Origin: Leptogorgia sarmentosa
Taxonomy: Eukaryota
Direction: 5' to 3'
DNA: 64,000 nt
Assembly: GCA_964658305.1 (NCBI GenBank)
Contig: OZ210885.1
Location: 8,370,001 to 8,434,000, forward strand
The notes under the pieces were generated by a model. The model was not told where the DNA came from. It saw only the letters and a program-made list of their open reading frames with translations, and made no database searches. The position numbers and the translations under genes are program-made. Position 1 is the stretch's first letter. Every line of letters begins with the position of its first letter. Positions 1 through 15,000 of this stretch are shown here, piece by piece.

Positions 1-1368
1 GAGCACGGATCTTCGCGCATTGCGCATGTAAAATACGGTCTGCCAAAGCTCTCTTTCAACATGTCCTTAACCACGCGAAACTTTGCAGGTTTTCGATGAA
101 TCTCGCATATAGGCTGTTCCAAATTAGTGCTTCTTCACGTTGCGATGGCTTTTTGAAATAAAAAGCCCTCGTCCTCAACACAGATAAAACCACAGCCAGG
201 GTTTTGTCCACAAAACCAAAAGGATCCTTTCTTTGTAGTTGAACGTGATGCTGGTTTTCCATGTAGACACTCCATCTCTATAGCGTATGGCGTATGAGAA
301 TGAACAGCGTATCACTTCTTTTATACCTCATCATCGTCTCATTAATCGCTACATCCTTACGCACAAATTGTTAGCTTTGTCGCGCACATTTAAAATAAAA
401 GCTTGCATATAAAGGTTTAAAAATAAAAGTTTAAAAATAAGAGCTTGAATAAAAAAGTTTAAATATACGAGTTTAAAATAATCACTCCCTCTGTGAAGTT
501 CGTAGCATATTAAGTACACATGTTTTTGTTAGCTTTGTAACGCTACACCATTATTACAACACGCATTGTTAGCTTTGTCGCGCTACATTAAATTAAAAAT
601 ATTCATATAAGCTTGAATATAGATGTTTAAAAATACAAGTTCATATTTTAAATGTTTGAAAATAAAAATTTGGCCCTTTCGCAATATATGGGCAGATATA
701 TTTAATATCGAAATAGGTCAGGGTCATAACAGTGGTTCGGGTCAAGGTTACTGATTGTGAGAATACATGTGCGCCTCTGTATCACAATACAATATATATT
801 TGACATTTATTCTACTGTCACACGTCCTTTTTAGTCGCACACACACTCTTTTACTGAAAATTATACCATTTTTATATGCGTATACAAGTTCACTTTTATA
901 ACATGCATATGTGTCTGGAATACATGTCGCGACACGCTACTCTGCCTATAAGAATTCCCTCGCTAACCGCTGTCTGAATCAATTAACGTCTTGCATACTA
1001 ATTACTTCCGCCGCTATACGTACGGTATAACCTACTCAGAGTGCCACTAAAATATTTTCCCTCCCACCCCATTCCTACTCCTGGACAGGTATTTTTGAAA
1101 TACTGACACTAGGGATATTGAATAATGAATGAAGTAAAATGTATTAAACATTGAATCAGAAATAACCAATTTCCATCCATTTCCAGTAAATATGAAGCTT
1201 GCGTCTATTATCAAATTTAAGACTTTCAAAAATTTCCAGTAATGCGCCGATATAGAAATTTACCGATTTTCTGACACTGATATTCAAGGAATGATATTGT
1301 CCCATACACCATGCAACAAGTCAACTACCGCTTTCAATATCCTATTTCCCTTCGAATTTCACAACTAA

Positions 1369-1603
1369 AGGCTGCATTCCCATTAACCGTTTTTACACGT
1401 ACGTGTACGCACGTAAAGGTCTAAATCTCTCTACATTTTATTTTATTAATAGAATACCTTTTAGAAACACATACTACATCATTCATGGTATGAGATGTTT
1501 TACATGTATTCATGTGACTGCATAGAAACTAACGTTGAAATTAATTTCACTAATTTTTACATGTACGTACACGTACGAAAAACGCGTAACTGGAAAACAG
1601 CCG
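1369..1603. mobile_element. PIF/Harbinger-like MITE
   Basis: TAA|aggctgcattcccatt...actggaaaacagccg|TAA, with inverted acgtacgtgtacg blocks. Confidence 0.6.
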
Positions 1604-1727
1604 TAAGATTTACTCTGAAAATTGCATCTTAAGTATCACTTACGAACGACCCACACTTGAGATAAATATAGCCATTGATCGCTGATAACTTGGAATATGG
1701 TGAAATATCAAGTACCTACTCACCAGG

Positions 1728-2057
1728 CATGAGCCGCGGAAGCAACTCAAAAGTCGGGGGGGGGGGGGCACAATCAAAAAAGGGCACGGATGAAAAAGGG
1801 CACGGATGAAAAAGGGCACTTTCCTTTCAAAAAAAGGGCACATTTACCTTTGTCCAAATTTGGCGGGGCACTTGCCCCCAATGCCGTAAAATACTGATAT
1901 TAATGATTAATTACATTAGTATATCAAGCGCACATTATATGACACAAAAGGCCCTATATAACACAAAAAGGGCACAAATCTAATCGAAAAAAGGGCACAT
2001 TTTCTCGTTTTCAAAAAGTGGGGGCACCGTGCCCCCCCCCCTGTTCCGCGGCCCTTG
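1728..2057. mobile_element. hAT-like MITE with internal AAAAGGGCAC repeats
   Basis: Ends gccgcggaa...ttccgcggcc, with about six AAAAGGGCAC subterminal repeats. Confidence 0.55.
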
Positions 2058-2727
2058 TTAATATATCAAACCGAGGCCAATGTCAAAACATGAAGACCGA
2101 GGTTTGAAACTATCTTTCTTTTCCCATAGATTCTGTATTAAGAAAATTTGAAAAAATGCGAGGTGTTAGAACATTATATTTTGACAAAGGTACGTGATGA
2201 CAAATGAGCTAATCACGAGTGCCAAATACTCTATCAAGGGTGTCAATCCTGTGGGGTCCTCGACTGTTTACTGTTTACCATTTCTCGTTTTCTTTTCCCT
2301 GTGACAATATAATTATAAAAGTTATACAGCAATATAATACTTTAATGAAAGCGATCTTTGATTCGTACAGCTAAATGACCTCATCAAAGAGGTAGAGTTA
2401 AGGTTCTGAAATGGGCGTTTCCGGCGATCTCGAGGTTTTAAATGTTCATAATTTTCTGATTTAGCGCAAACCATGGTGACGCCTCGTGAGAAGTTGGGTC
2501 CTTACAAATAATCTGAAAACGTTCCTATAACCTTCCTCATGGAGTACTTGTAGGAACGTACTTGTAAGAAGGATGCAGAAACGTTTTCAACTCCAAAAAA
2601 ATCAAAACCCACACCCCCCGGTTTGGGAATGTATTGTCGTTCTTGTATTCTACACATTGTGCATATTACGTAGTAATAATAACGTTTAATATTCATTTCA
2701 GACGATGTTGCAATTCCTCTTAAGTCT

Positions 2728-3053
2728 TCAACCTTTCGTTTGGAGTTGTTTTGAATGGGAGGATAACTTATTAAGACGAAGGAAGCAGACCCGACCTCCT
2801 TCCAGGCCAACACAAACCATTCCATGTGAGCCACATGCGATGGCTAAAACATACCGGTCGAAATGAAACTCTTCAACACACTCTCCATTTGGTAGGTTCC
2901 ACAGTTTCAGCGTCTTGTCATAATCCGAGCATGACAACAGTGATTCACTTCCAGGCGCTAATGCCAACGCTCTGATCCAGCCAGCATTTTCAATTGGAAA
3001 TCTATAGAGAACCTTTCCAGTAATGAAGTCCTCAATCACCAAAGAACCATGAC
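2728..3053 (-). CDS. Exon 16 (terminal): WD40 and stop
   Basis: WIRALALAPGSESLLSCSDYDKTLKLWNL...VGLEGGRVCFLRL...KG*. The GxxxGxVxxL ending is typical of STAND-WD40 proteins. Confidence 0.88.
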
Positions 3054-6000
3054 CTAAAAGTGTGATTTAAAATTTTTAAATATGTTAAAGCAATGTTACA
3101 CGAGGCAATTTTTGCGATCAAGTTTGGATTGATTGCCATGTTTTATAAATTGGTTGTTGCGAACGAAAGATTTTGATCGCATTGCATACACAATGTTCTT
3201 CTTTCCCAAGGCAATTTTTGGTATATTAAATTGGATGTACAACCATTTTATCGAAGCGCATTGTCACTCGAATAATTTTTTGCCATCACTTGGGAGCCGA
3301 TCTTGGATTGTTTGCCGTGTTATCTAACAGCTACGTTATACAGAATAATTATTTTGCCAATATTTGTGACGCAATTTTGGCTTCATAATGATTTATGTTG
3401 CAGGTATGTTACCCAAAGGAATTTGTCGCAATTGGCAATTCAATTTCGAGTACCGAGCCGCCTCTTCAACAGTCGCTTTTATGCTTCTAATAGAAATTAG
3501 TAACAGGTGCGGGCGTAAATTTAGGGATGCCAGTCTTGACACCTTGGTAGTCTTGACACATCAACTTTCCCGGAAGTGTCAAAACTGCCCGCGCATCTCT
3601 GACTTGCAGCCCGCACAAATTCCTAATTTCTATTAAACGCATAAAGCGCCTGTGGAGGAGTTAGGGTCCAGAGGTCACGTTACATAAGTTGCGGTCTCAG
3701 AAATTGTTCACGTATACTGAAACCAAACTCGCTTTTCACAATTCTTTACATAACATATTAATTAGGGAATAATAGTAGAGTAAACAGGGACTTATCTGCA
3801 AATGTTTTCAGCGCGTCTCGTCTAAATTACATAGCTTTAAATCCGACGTTTCGTAACATGCAGCTAAAACTACCTGATCTAAGGGGCAATTAGTCAGGGA
3901 ATATTGCTGACCCATATAGCCGATGTGGAAACATGCCTATCTATCAGGTGATCTCAACACACGAAGAATGACTGGGACTAGATGTCGCGTAGCATACCAT
4001 TTTTCGATTGAAACAAATGAATTTCTGCTATTTCGATTCCATATTTTTGAATGCTATAGTTCTCGTAACCAAACATAATTACGAAATTTCAACTAGTTTC
4101 ATACAAAACAAGACGCCCGCTCTGGCGTTAGCTTGCGATGCGGTTACAGTCAGTGTTGATCGTCAAAGATCCTGTATGTACTACACAACTGTGCAACTAA
4201 ATATGAGGCTCAAGTTTAGACGTCAAACTTTTGTCGAATCAAATGCATTTCAAACAAAAAATAAACAGTCAACTCGTGACTTACTCGTCTAATTATCCAT
4301 TATTTGAATTGCATTTGACTTGACACAAGAGCGAACTGAGCGGCCTGAGTTCTAGACGAAAGAAGTTGGTACATTACGTGACACTATGACGTGCCCCGTT
4401 TTTACCTTTGTCTTGTTAGATAATTTATTCATACACGCTCGACACGAAATAATAATGTATTTGTTTACATTATACTGAAATGATCAACAACTTCGTTTAT
4501 TTAGTACACAAGCGCTACATAAGATATCATTCTGACGTTGTAGTTGGGTAGATCAAGTAATATTTGATGGCCAAAAGCTTAATTATTTAATTACCCAGCG
4601 CTAAATCGACAGAAGACGGCAAGCAAGTTCAGTATTTGTTTGGTTCGACTTACTAGCCAGATTATTCTGGCTAATATTTTGTATCTCTCTTGATATATAG
4701 TAATCCCTTGCTTTTGGCCAAGACATTTTATTGAAAGTTCTTACAGCTGCTCTTGCTTTACATTTGGTTAACAGTTAGCCCAGTGACATTTACGGCAAGC
4801 TATAAATCGCAAACGGCAAACAAATTCACATCTCATTTGAAAGTTGTACACGTATTGACACCTGAAATATCAACTACATCAACATACCTACGGTTTACTA
4901 TTCGACATTTACATATTTTGGACATCAAAATCGTTGTGACGAGGGACAGTGAAATGGCATTTTGCGAAAGATGAGATATTGGTGAACGGGAAAATTTTAG
5001 TTGCAATTTGTGGTTGAACTTTGCTATAGAAGGAACGAGTCACCGCGCATGCGTATTATATCACGTCTAGCTTTACTAAATAAATGGGTCCCACAATTTA
5101 TGCTAAAGACAATAGTAATGTGAATATATAGATAGCGAGACTATTAACTATTGAATAATTATTACATGTTTTAGTGTCACGCAAGCGCCGGAGACTCGGA
5201 GACAACGGGAGAGTTGACGGAATGACAGGCTTGAATACTAATGACCAGGGGGATACCCTCCAGAAAATCGGGAGACGCAATCGCGAATGTCCGTTGACGT
5301 TTAAAACTGAATAATAATGAGTTACTGGTAGTTTTAGCGGTTGACCGAGAGGGAGACTGCTGTCTACAACACGATTAAAAAAAAAAAACAATAATAAAAA
5401 AAATGCCGAATTTAAAGCTTGCTATGCTACGCATCGCAAGCAATAATGAAATAATTATTGAATTCGGTCCTCGTAGGATATGGGGAATTATTCAGGCCTC
5501 GGTTTGTGTTATCTGATTCAGCCTTCGGCTTCGGCAGATAACACAAACCTCGGTCTGAATAATTCCTCATATCCTACTCGGCCTCATTCAATAATTGTTT
5601 AATACTGCGGCTTCTTAATACAGGGCAGACTGTATTAGTTTGTTAATACTTTGTTTATTCCTCTTGTAAAATGTGGACATATATGTGTATTAATCCGTAA
5701 TTACTTCTAAATTATGCTGCCGGTATGAACTAAAAGCACATTCACATATAAACAATGTGGCATGGCTTTGTGTCATCGCGTGAGTGATGTCATACGATCT
5801 CTATGCAACAAGTATATGCAGCGCGAGTAAAATGGATCATGTTGCTATTGTCAATATTAACATGTTTATACCATGAATAAAAGTGAAGAAATAACTATAT
5901 TTTGTCATTTGCTGGTATAGATTACAAATACTATTGAACCTGTTACCGAAAATTGCTGGCATAGTTCTGGGAATTTCAATTAAACGGGCGTGCGAGCGCC

Positions 6001-9000
6001 TTTAAAAATGTTCAAACTTTCCGCGCGATTAATTGGTAGATAACATAGTTTCACGTCTAACAGGAGGTGAGGTGTTACCGTGAGATTACGCCTACGCGGT
6101 TGAAAGCGGGGTGTCATCTACTGTGCTTCTTGTTAAGACAGGTTTGTTGATGTAACATAAAAGGTCTGATCAACTGTATTAATTTTTTTTTGTAACTTTT
6201 GATGATTTCATCACAGAACTCGCCGATGGCTTAGATTATATTCGCATATTTTATGCTTCGAAAGGTTCTTAATTGCAATAATCTTGCGTACAGTAGCTTG
6301 ACGTCGCGTGCTTTGCTGCATGATTCTTAGGCGGGAATTTTGCTGGCAGCGCTAGAGACAGAGCAAATTTCGTTCCTAGTTAATATGATGTTTCTTTGAT
6401 AACGACCGAAGGAACTAAGCAGAAAAAATCGTTGTCATACCGCGAATAAAATTTTGGACCTTCGTTTTGTATTGCATGTTCAGGCAGTTTCTACCACTGT
6501 AACATGCACGGTTTTTGTTTTACAACTCTTGATGAATTTGAGTAGAATTTCCAACAGGCCTATAAAGTTAATAGAGAGGCTAAGATACCCCGGTTCCGGT
6601 TTACGGGTACGGCTGCATTTCCCGTTCCAGTACCCGTAAACCGGAACCGGGGTATCGTTACCTCTCAAATAACCACAGCTGGCCCAGGTTGCTCGCGCCC
6701 TCCTGGAAATTACTGAAAATAATAGGAGGAGACATTGCGAACAGACGAGGCATATGTCACACAAACTATCCTCGATTTTTCGCAATTAAATGTATCTCTT
6801 TCGAAATTAATCGATATTCCCAGCAAGAAGGATCCCGTGTAACTATCAAAATAATGATGCTTTTATCAAATAGCGTAAATTCGCTCTAAAATTCTCGAAG
6901 GAATGACAAAATTCGGCCAATATATATCCGCGTACCCGCTTTGCTGTGCGATAGACCGGACGTCGTTGAGCTACTCATTGAGTTCAAACCTGATTGGGCC
7001 GCGAATATTTAACAGTTATTCTGCGAACTCGAGTCGTATATGCTATTTCAGATTCATTTCAGAATCTTATTAAAATAAATGCACAATATACCTTCCTTTA
7101 GAACTTACTTAAGATTTCGTTGAAATCCAGCATAAAACAAGGACAATATACTCATTAAAATTGTTAGCTACACGTTCGTTATATTTATAGTTCACAAATC
7201 GCAATGACTGCGGCCGAAACGCCGGAAGTAAAATGTGCTTGACTAAAACATCAAAGGCTGCGACGTCAAATTATCCATAAAGTTACACCGATGTACCCAT
7301 TTATCAAGAAGCCGCCACTTTGCGACACCGTCGACGACAAAAGACACGGAGATGTTAAGACTCCGCTGGGTGGCTACGCCTACGTGGGCGGAGTAAAAAG
7401 GATTTCATTAAGTGCAAGTTTGACTTTGCCTGCTGTCACATGTACGCCCTGTGTTGGTGGCATTTCAAGTCTGCCGCGCTGTAATCTTAGAGGTCACTGG
7501 TATTATAAATGGCCTCAGGTCTCGCCCGGTGACGCTTTGCATCACTGTAGCGATAAATAATTTAATAACACAACATCGTCACGACCTTTTATTACGCGTT
7601 TGGTAGAGTTATCGTGGGCGTTGTAGTTCATGACAACAATTCTATTTTTGTAGCATGTGCGCATGCTAATGTTTTTCTTCTAGTTTTCCAATGTTATTCA
7701 CTCGAACCCTTCAGCTAATACTCGATGAATTACGCGATCACACCTTGTGCAATTGAGAATGGAAAATAAAATAATAACAGTTAAATTATTTACCTAATAT
7801 AGCCACAAGGTTGCCAGAATTGTTAATCCTTAAAACTTTCTCAGTGGGGAAAGAACTGCTGTACTCTTCCTTGGTGTCGTTCAAGTTCCACTTTGCGATT
7901 CTCTCTTCAGCTGTACCATCATAATATTTGAACAGATGAACACAAACAAGGGAGTTCTGGACCACGCGCATTGTTTTAATTCTCTCCATGTACCCCAACA
8001 TCCACATATCTTCGAGTTCGTAAGTATGCACGACTCCGGTGGCATTTATCCGATCAATCTGTCAAAATAATCAAACCACTGCTCAAAATAACGTCCTTCC
8101 ATTAAATACTTTCCCCACAAAATGATATGATCCAGTTATAAATGCTTATTATTACGTATTTTATATTCGAGAATTCCTTTCGAACTATTTTCTATTATTC
8201 TTGCTTGGTTTCGTCAAACAGCTCAATATAAAGTAGCAAAATGAACAAAAAATCAGCCGTCAGAATCGAAGTTCTTGAATTTATAATATGTATTTAAAAT
8301 GAATGAAGGCAAGAGGTAAATCGTGGAGGGGGATGACACAAGCATCGAGAGGGGGGAGGATGACACAAGTCACCAACTGTTTCGGCTGAAAGGATGAATA
8401 TTGTGTCGTCCCCTAACGTTTTAAGTCATGATTCACCGAGGATTTACATTTATATTTATCAAGTATAGTGTCCTTTATGTGCAGGAAACATTGTCTGTAA
8501 ATCTAATTCAACTGTTGCGTATATAGGCCGTCGGATGAGCGGGCAAAAGATGCTTAGAAAACGAATTCCGTTGCACCCCTCGCGGAACTACATAATTTTC
8601 ACATGAATGAATAGATAAAAACTTACTTTATCAGAATTCGTTGCTCCCCAAACGAAACAGGTGCACAATTTGGAGAAAAATGCTCCCAAAGTTTGCTAAT
8701 TCCGCGCTTTAAAATATTCGAACCGCCATTGTTTTGGTAGCAAATACGCATGCGCACGTCTGCTAAATTTGCACTGCGCAGGCGCACAAGAAAAATGGCT
8801 TTCCCCTGTGGGTTTTCCCTTGGTTTTTTCCACTGAGCTGTTATATTATCTTAGTACATCGCAGCGGTTTTCTTCGATTTTACAATTAACAGAAACGAAA
8901 ATTGAATTGAATTTTAACATTTATTTCTACTTATTAATATAAAATCCTAATTGGAATGGTTTTAACTCTCTATTAATGAGCTTAAGATGAGAAAGTAGAG

Positions 9001-12000
9001 AATTTTTTTCTTGCATTGCGCATTAATTGAATTTGTTCAGCTGAAATAACACAGAATGCAGCACTAGCGCTTGAATTCAAAGGATAGCCTTTTTTGTGTA
9101 GACCCACTGTATATGTACAAAATCAAGGAGATTATTCAATATTTGTTCAAATGCTTTTATGCTTCCTTGGCTCCCACATCTGGAAATACTGGCTCTTATT
9201 GCAAAAACAGAGTTTGTTTCCCGGAAAACCAAACTTTTTCTACTAAACTCAGAAACATTTGAAAAAACATCGTTTCTAGATCTTGACTTTCTCCACCTGC
9301 TAACGCTGGTAAGTCTACATGACGCGGTGTTATACTATATTTGCGCAATAACGTTTTCGAGTTTCTATCGGGATTTAAAAGGATATTCATATAATAGAAG
9401 AAAATCTCAACAAATTTTTCAATGATTATTTGACAACTAGGCAAGATACGCTTGGCTCTTTTAAATCATGCCTTTTATGTATCGCCTAAATATACTGGCT
9501 ATCATATGGATATCATCATGGCTTGGGACAAATTTTTCCATTTGTTTCAGTCATTTTTTCCAACCATGTGTTTTAAACGACGTATTTATTATTTAAGCTG
9601 TAGTAGTGATGTGCATGAACAACTTTAACTGTGAAAGAAACACTTCCCAGCCCCAAATTCATTATAACAAATTAAATTAAAATAAATATAAATAAATCCA
9701 TAACTTCATCATCATTAATTTAAGAACGGATTTTCGTCAGTGCAGTAAGATTCACTTGTTAGTTAAAGGCCTACGCTCAAATCCTTATTTTTTAATTTCA
9801 AAATACCATATACTGGTTTTTCGTGCCGAAGTTACTTGTCTTATAGATTTGTGGCTGTATTAGCGCCAGGTGCGTTTTACCTTCCACGATGATATACGTG
9901 TAAATATAGATAATGCAAATCCAATTGATAAAGTATAATTATACTGTTCTTGTACTTGGAAGATTTGGTCTGGGCTGGCCAGGGTTTTAGGTGTGTCGGT
10001 GTAAAGGATGCTCAGTGGCGTAACACCACCCCTGCCTGGCGCCCCACCGTTATTCGGCCACTTGTTGACACCCTGACACCCCTCCGTTACGCCACTGAAG
10101 GTGCTCAAGTCTCAGGTTGGATTCTTTCTCAACATTCCAGATAACAACTTAATTATGTAATAGTTCAAATATATACAGAAATATAAATTTTCCAGACAAA
10201 AGCCTAGATAGCTTTCTGTAGACTACATAATGTATTTTGGTTTTGAGCTTAGGCCCTCGGGATGCAACAAGAGGGATTTTTTGCAGTGATGACCAATTTA
10301 TAATTATCCATCATAACAGCTTTCCAGTTGGTGCCTGCACCTTCTTTTACAGTTAAAGGTCCTTCACTGGTGCGAGCCGGCGAGCCACCCTGCTTCGTTG
10401 TTCACTGCTTGAATTAGGATGTACAAGTAGAATTTGACATCAAAACGATATTTTGAAACAGTAGCCACTGAATATTTATCATTTATAGACCCGGAGCGAG
10501 GGGGATTCGGCGTAATATTTCCCGAAGTGATGATATTTTCCGAGGGGCTTTGCCCCGAGGAAAATATCATCACTGAGGGAAATATTACGCCGAATCCCCC
10601 GAGCGGAGGGTCTATAAATGATATATTATACCGAACGAAACATTTTTGCATCATTGTTTTCAAGAAGTCTATTTATTTCTTCGCCCGAGTCTTGCTCGCC
10701 CGCCATTTTGCATAGCTAATTAGCTATGCTAGGCGCGTGTTGCCCACGCGTCACGCGTGAGCGTGGGATACTATAATATCCCACGGTGGATTTGCCGTGG
10801 GATATTATAGTATCCCACGCTGGATTGCGAAATCATGAATTTGAGTGAAATACCGTAAAAAATCACACTATCACGTGGTACAAATGCTGTTTTTTCATTG
10901 GACAATTTGAATTTGAGGTATAATATATATATATATTTAACAGTTATTCTGCGAACTCGAGCCGTATATGCGCTGATAGTCGACGAGGCGCGTAGCGCCG
11001 AGTCGACTATCAGTCATATACGACGAGAGTGAGCAGAATAACTGTTTTATTATGTACACAAGCACTGGACAAAAACAACTTCCAAATTTATTTGTATTTT
11101 AGTTAATAACTGAATATAATTTCAAAGTGTTCTATCGCTTTGAAATCGACATATTTACAAATTTAAAACAGTTTTACTTGATAAATACACGCCAAAAACC
11201 ACGGAAAAAACAACAGTTACGGAATTAAAATAGTCGACGTTTCGTTTAACTATAGCTAGTTTTAAATTTCAGCAGTTTTCATCTGTATTTTTCTGCATTT
11301 GAAAGTAGCTACAAGACAAATTTCACTGTTGTAAAATGTCAACAAACAGCAACAAGCGATCCAACTCAGTCAAGCGATGAATATTACAGCGTCGAGTCTG
11401 GTTTCCCAGATTCACAAACTGCACAATTAACATTTACTCACTAAACTTTTTGAATTTTATTCTTTTAATCGATCGCAAAGACGTTTTTAACTGTTGAAAA
11501 CTTCAATTCCGGCTTCGCTCTTTCCGCCATTTTGTTTGTTTTTCTCTACTAGCAGGATATGAGCTAATATCCTGCTAGTAGAGAACCAATCAGATTGCAG
11601 AATAGCTCATATCCAGCGCTTGTGTATATAATAATTGTGAATATATGTGTTTGTGATTATGTGTTTGTACTTTTTTATTCGTTAATATCACAAGTTTTGA
11701 TGTCTATTCTGTCATTCTATGTTGTTTTTACTGAAAAAATTAGGGAAAACCCACAGGGAAAATCCGTTTATCCTATCTGCGCGTGCGCAGTTCGAGTATA
11801 GCTGATATGCGCATGCGTATTTTCACCAAAACAATGGCGGTTTGGCTATTTTAAGGCACGAAAATAGTAAACTTTGAGTGGATATTTCTCCCAATTGTGC
11901 ACCTGTTTCGTTTGGGGAGCAACGGATTCTGATAAAGAAAGTTTTTATCTATTCATTCATGCGAAAATTATGTAGTTCCACGAGGGGTGCAACGGAATTG

Positions 12001-15000
12001 TATCTTTTCGATGCTCATCCTACGGCCTAATACCTGCTTTCTTGGTTTAAGTATCTAACTTGCCGAACTCGCTTGGCAGCAAGCCTCAATCAAACCATAG
12101 ATTCATTGATTTATTTTTCCAACAAGTTATTTAGTTGCTCTGCTTTTTGAGTGTAAAAATCGGCTAAAACAGTTTTCGTGGGTTCCATTGAAAGCCGATT
12201 AACTAAAAGTAGCGAAAAACGCGTTTTTGACTTTGTTCTTGCAAGCAGAGCATTTTCCATCGTAAAACTGCAGTTTTTAATCAAAGTCAGTCGTGTTTCC
12301 TATCAAATTAGCTACTCAGCGAAACACAAGCTTTCTCATCCTGCATAAATCTCTGGGATAGATACGAGAGCAGTGATACATTTGGCCAGCATGCATTCCC
12401 AAGCTTAGCGCCGCTTCGCGGTAAAATTCGAAATTCTTGCTCAGTGGCTTTCTTCTTTGGTCTGCAAGTACCTTAAAGATTGCTTTTAAAATGTCTGACG
12501 CACGAGTAAACCTTAGTTTTGACCATTGCATGAGTTATGTCCGCAGAGATTGCATTTTTTATTGCGTAACTGTGACTCTGTTAGTTAACCGCAGAACGTT
12601 ACGCAGGCTCAAATGTCCGCAATTTCTGGGCATGATTTCATCCCCCGAACACGTGCTGAGTTGCATGCATTGCGAATTACTCGATTACTCGATGAATTTT
12701 GCCGCTCATCACACAAAAAAGGAACGTTTGGAAATCTAGGTTAAGGTTTATTAGTAGTAGTTTATTTTTTTTGCCAATTAATTGATATGTCCAATTTACA
12801 ATGTAAAGGAAGAAAGAAAGGAAATTATGGCGAGCAGACATAAACGGTTTATTTTTCGCTTCTGCCTCAAGAAGGATGATCTTTTTATCATAGTTTGTTC
12901 AATTGAATGCAATGACAAGCACACGAGTTCAAAGAAAAGAACAGAAGTCTTCGACAGTAGCTCTTCACAGGGAATTGCTTCACTTGTACAATAATTTAGA
13001 ACGAAAGTCCTTTTGCTCGAAACGTTGAGTTCTCTTTTTTTCAGGTATCGTGCTCACCATTTGACGAGTTGAACTAATTGATTGTGACCACACGTCAGAT
13101 CTAATCTACTAGATGCCATATCTTGGTAACAATGATATGAACACACCATGTAATATTATTCATATTTTCAACGTGTACGGAGCAATGCGACACATCAGCT
13201 AAACATGGACAGAAATATGCAACATTGGAGTCCACGCGCTCAGTTCATTTCACATTGACTGCAATTAAGCGGCACTAATAACCAGTAGAAAACAACCTTT
13301 GCGAATAGAATCGAGCAAAACCTCGCCAATTTACGACAGCTTTAGGACTTGGCAAAGTTATTTTACTGTTTTCAAAATGTATTTTCTACAAAAAACAGAT
13401 GATGATGGGAAAAAGAAGTTGTGGTGCTTTGGCATCTCGAAATTTGTTTGGTGTATGCCCTGAAATTGAGGATTTTTTCCGTAGAAAATATTCCTGAAAT
13501 AGAGGATTTTTTCCGTAGAAAATGTTACTTATCACGACTATTATTAACTAATGTATAATACATTGCAAGCTGTTAGACTTTTGTTCAAGGACGAGATTTA
13601 ATTTAATTTAATTGTTTTAACCTGATCGCTCGATTTCTAGCCCATGTTATTCGCAAATATATATTTTAATAAAAACTGCCTTCGCATACTTTAATTTTGA
13701 AGGTTTCGCCGTCTTATACAAAATAGTATGGAATTTTTTCATATTCATTTTAAAATTATAGCTTAGGGTTATTGCGTCATCGCGGCTCGCACATTTCTGG
13801 TAATGAAACAAAAATCCAGCAAGAAAAAAACTATTAATTTGGTTGATATCTTCCAGACATGGTGTGAACAATGGGGATTTATTCCGAATTTGCCTCCCAA
13901 TTTTCAAAATGAAGATTGGGACGAAGTTAATTTGCAATAATTCTAGAAACGCTTCATAATGTGTATGTGCATGTGCTGTTGTACATCATGAAGCAGCTCA
14001 ACCTAACAAGTAACACGTCCAAAAATAACATTTGAAAATCTCGTTTGGAAAATGATACACATACCTTTTTGTCAGAAGCAATTATGATATCATCCGAGCA
14101 GGGCACGAATTCTAACGCGATAATGGGATCCGAACAAATGTTGTCATGTGACCATATTAACGTCGGCAAGTTTTCTTCAACATTCCAAAGCTTCACAGAC
14201 CCACCGATGGACCCCGATGCAAAGCGACGTGAAAGATCATGACCTCCTAGCTCGCCTTTAACTTGAGAAATGGCATCCTTGTGTGCTAGGAATTTCAACT
14301 GCGATTTATTGTTAACATGGAAGCATAACAGTTCTCCGTCATCACAACCAAGCAATGCATATTGTGACCCAAGAGCAGTAATGCAAGTTACTTTAACATC
14401 TGGTTGACTCAAATTAATGCTGGTCTCGATATCATTAAGAGTTCTTAGTTCGATCCTGTTTACCTCGTTAACAAAAACGAAACGGACATCATCACTTAAT
14501 AAGCAGACAAAACGTATGGCGCCTCCAGATTCGGTCTTTGCGAATCGAACATTTTTAGAACACTCTATGTCGACCAGCGACAATGTTCCCGAACTGCTTC
14601 CAGACAAAGCAAATTTCCCATTTGATGTGATGTCAATTGCTGTAACTATCGAGTCGTCAGGGTGACCTGCATGAAGGAAGTAAAATGTTTATTTGAAGTA
14701 TTCAAGTATGCAACGCTTCAGCGGTGTAGCCTGCCAATCATTGAAAAATATCCTTCCGACGACAAGTATAACCTTTACAGGTGCAGCAACAGACATTTTC
14801 TTCTAATCCAGGTAGGAAAATGCATCGCTGATATCGAAAACGCAAAAATAAGTCGTTCACTGTTGTGAATAAAAGACTAGTATACTGGAATGAATGCCTT
14901 TTGCCATTACAGTCATTTTGCCCTCGCAGACGGAGAGAACGATTTTAACTTCGTCAAAAATCCGTCGCGCAGGCACGCCAAGAATGTTGAACGTAGTTCC

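Larger units (their letters stand above)
8525..12028. mobile_element. 3.5-kb non-autonomous TIR element with ~310-bp diverged TIRs and nested insertions
   Basis: 8525-8835 is the reverse complement of ~11735-12028 (aggccgtcggatgagc... / ...gctcatcctacggcct; shared core gttgctccccaaacgaaacaggtgcacaatt). Confidence 0.8.

Noticed and set aside
380..670. Short AT-rich repeats (tttaaaaataaaag) resembling a spaced array
   Set aside because: Irregular low-complexity repeats without constant repeat/spacer lengths in a eukaryotic context; not CRISPR.
10364..10715. Overlapping opposite-strand ORFs with similar translations
   Set aside because: Artefact of a long DNA palindrome; the same applies to the mirrored ORFs at 16632-18168 and 6454-6785.
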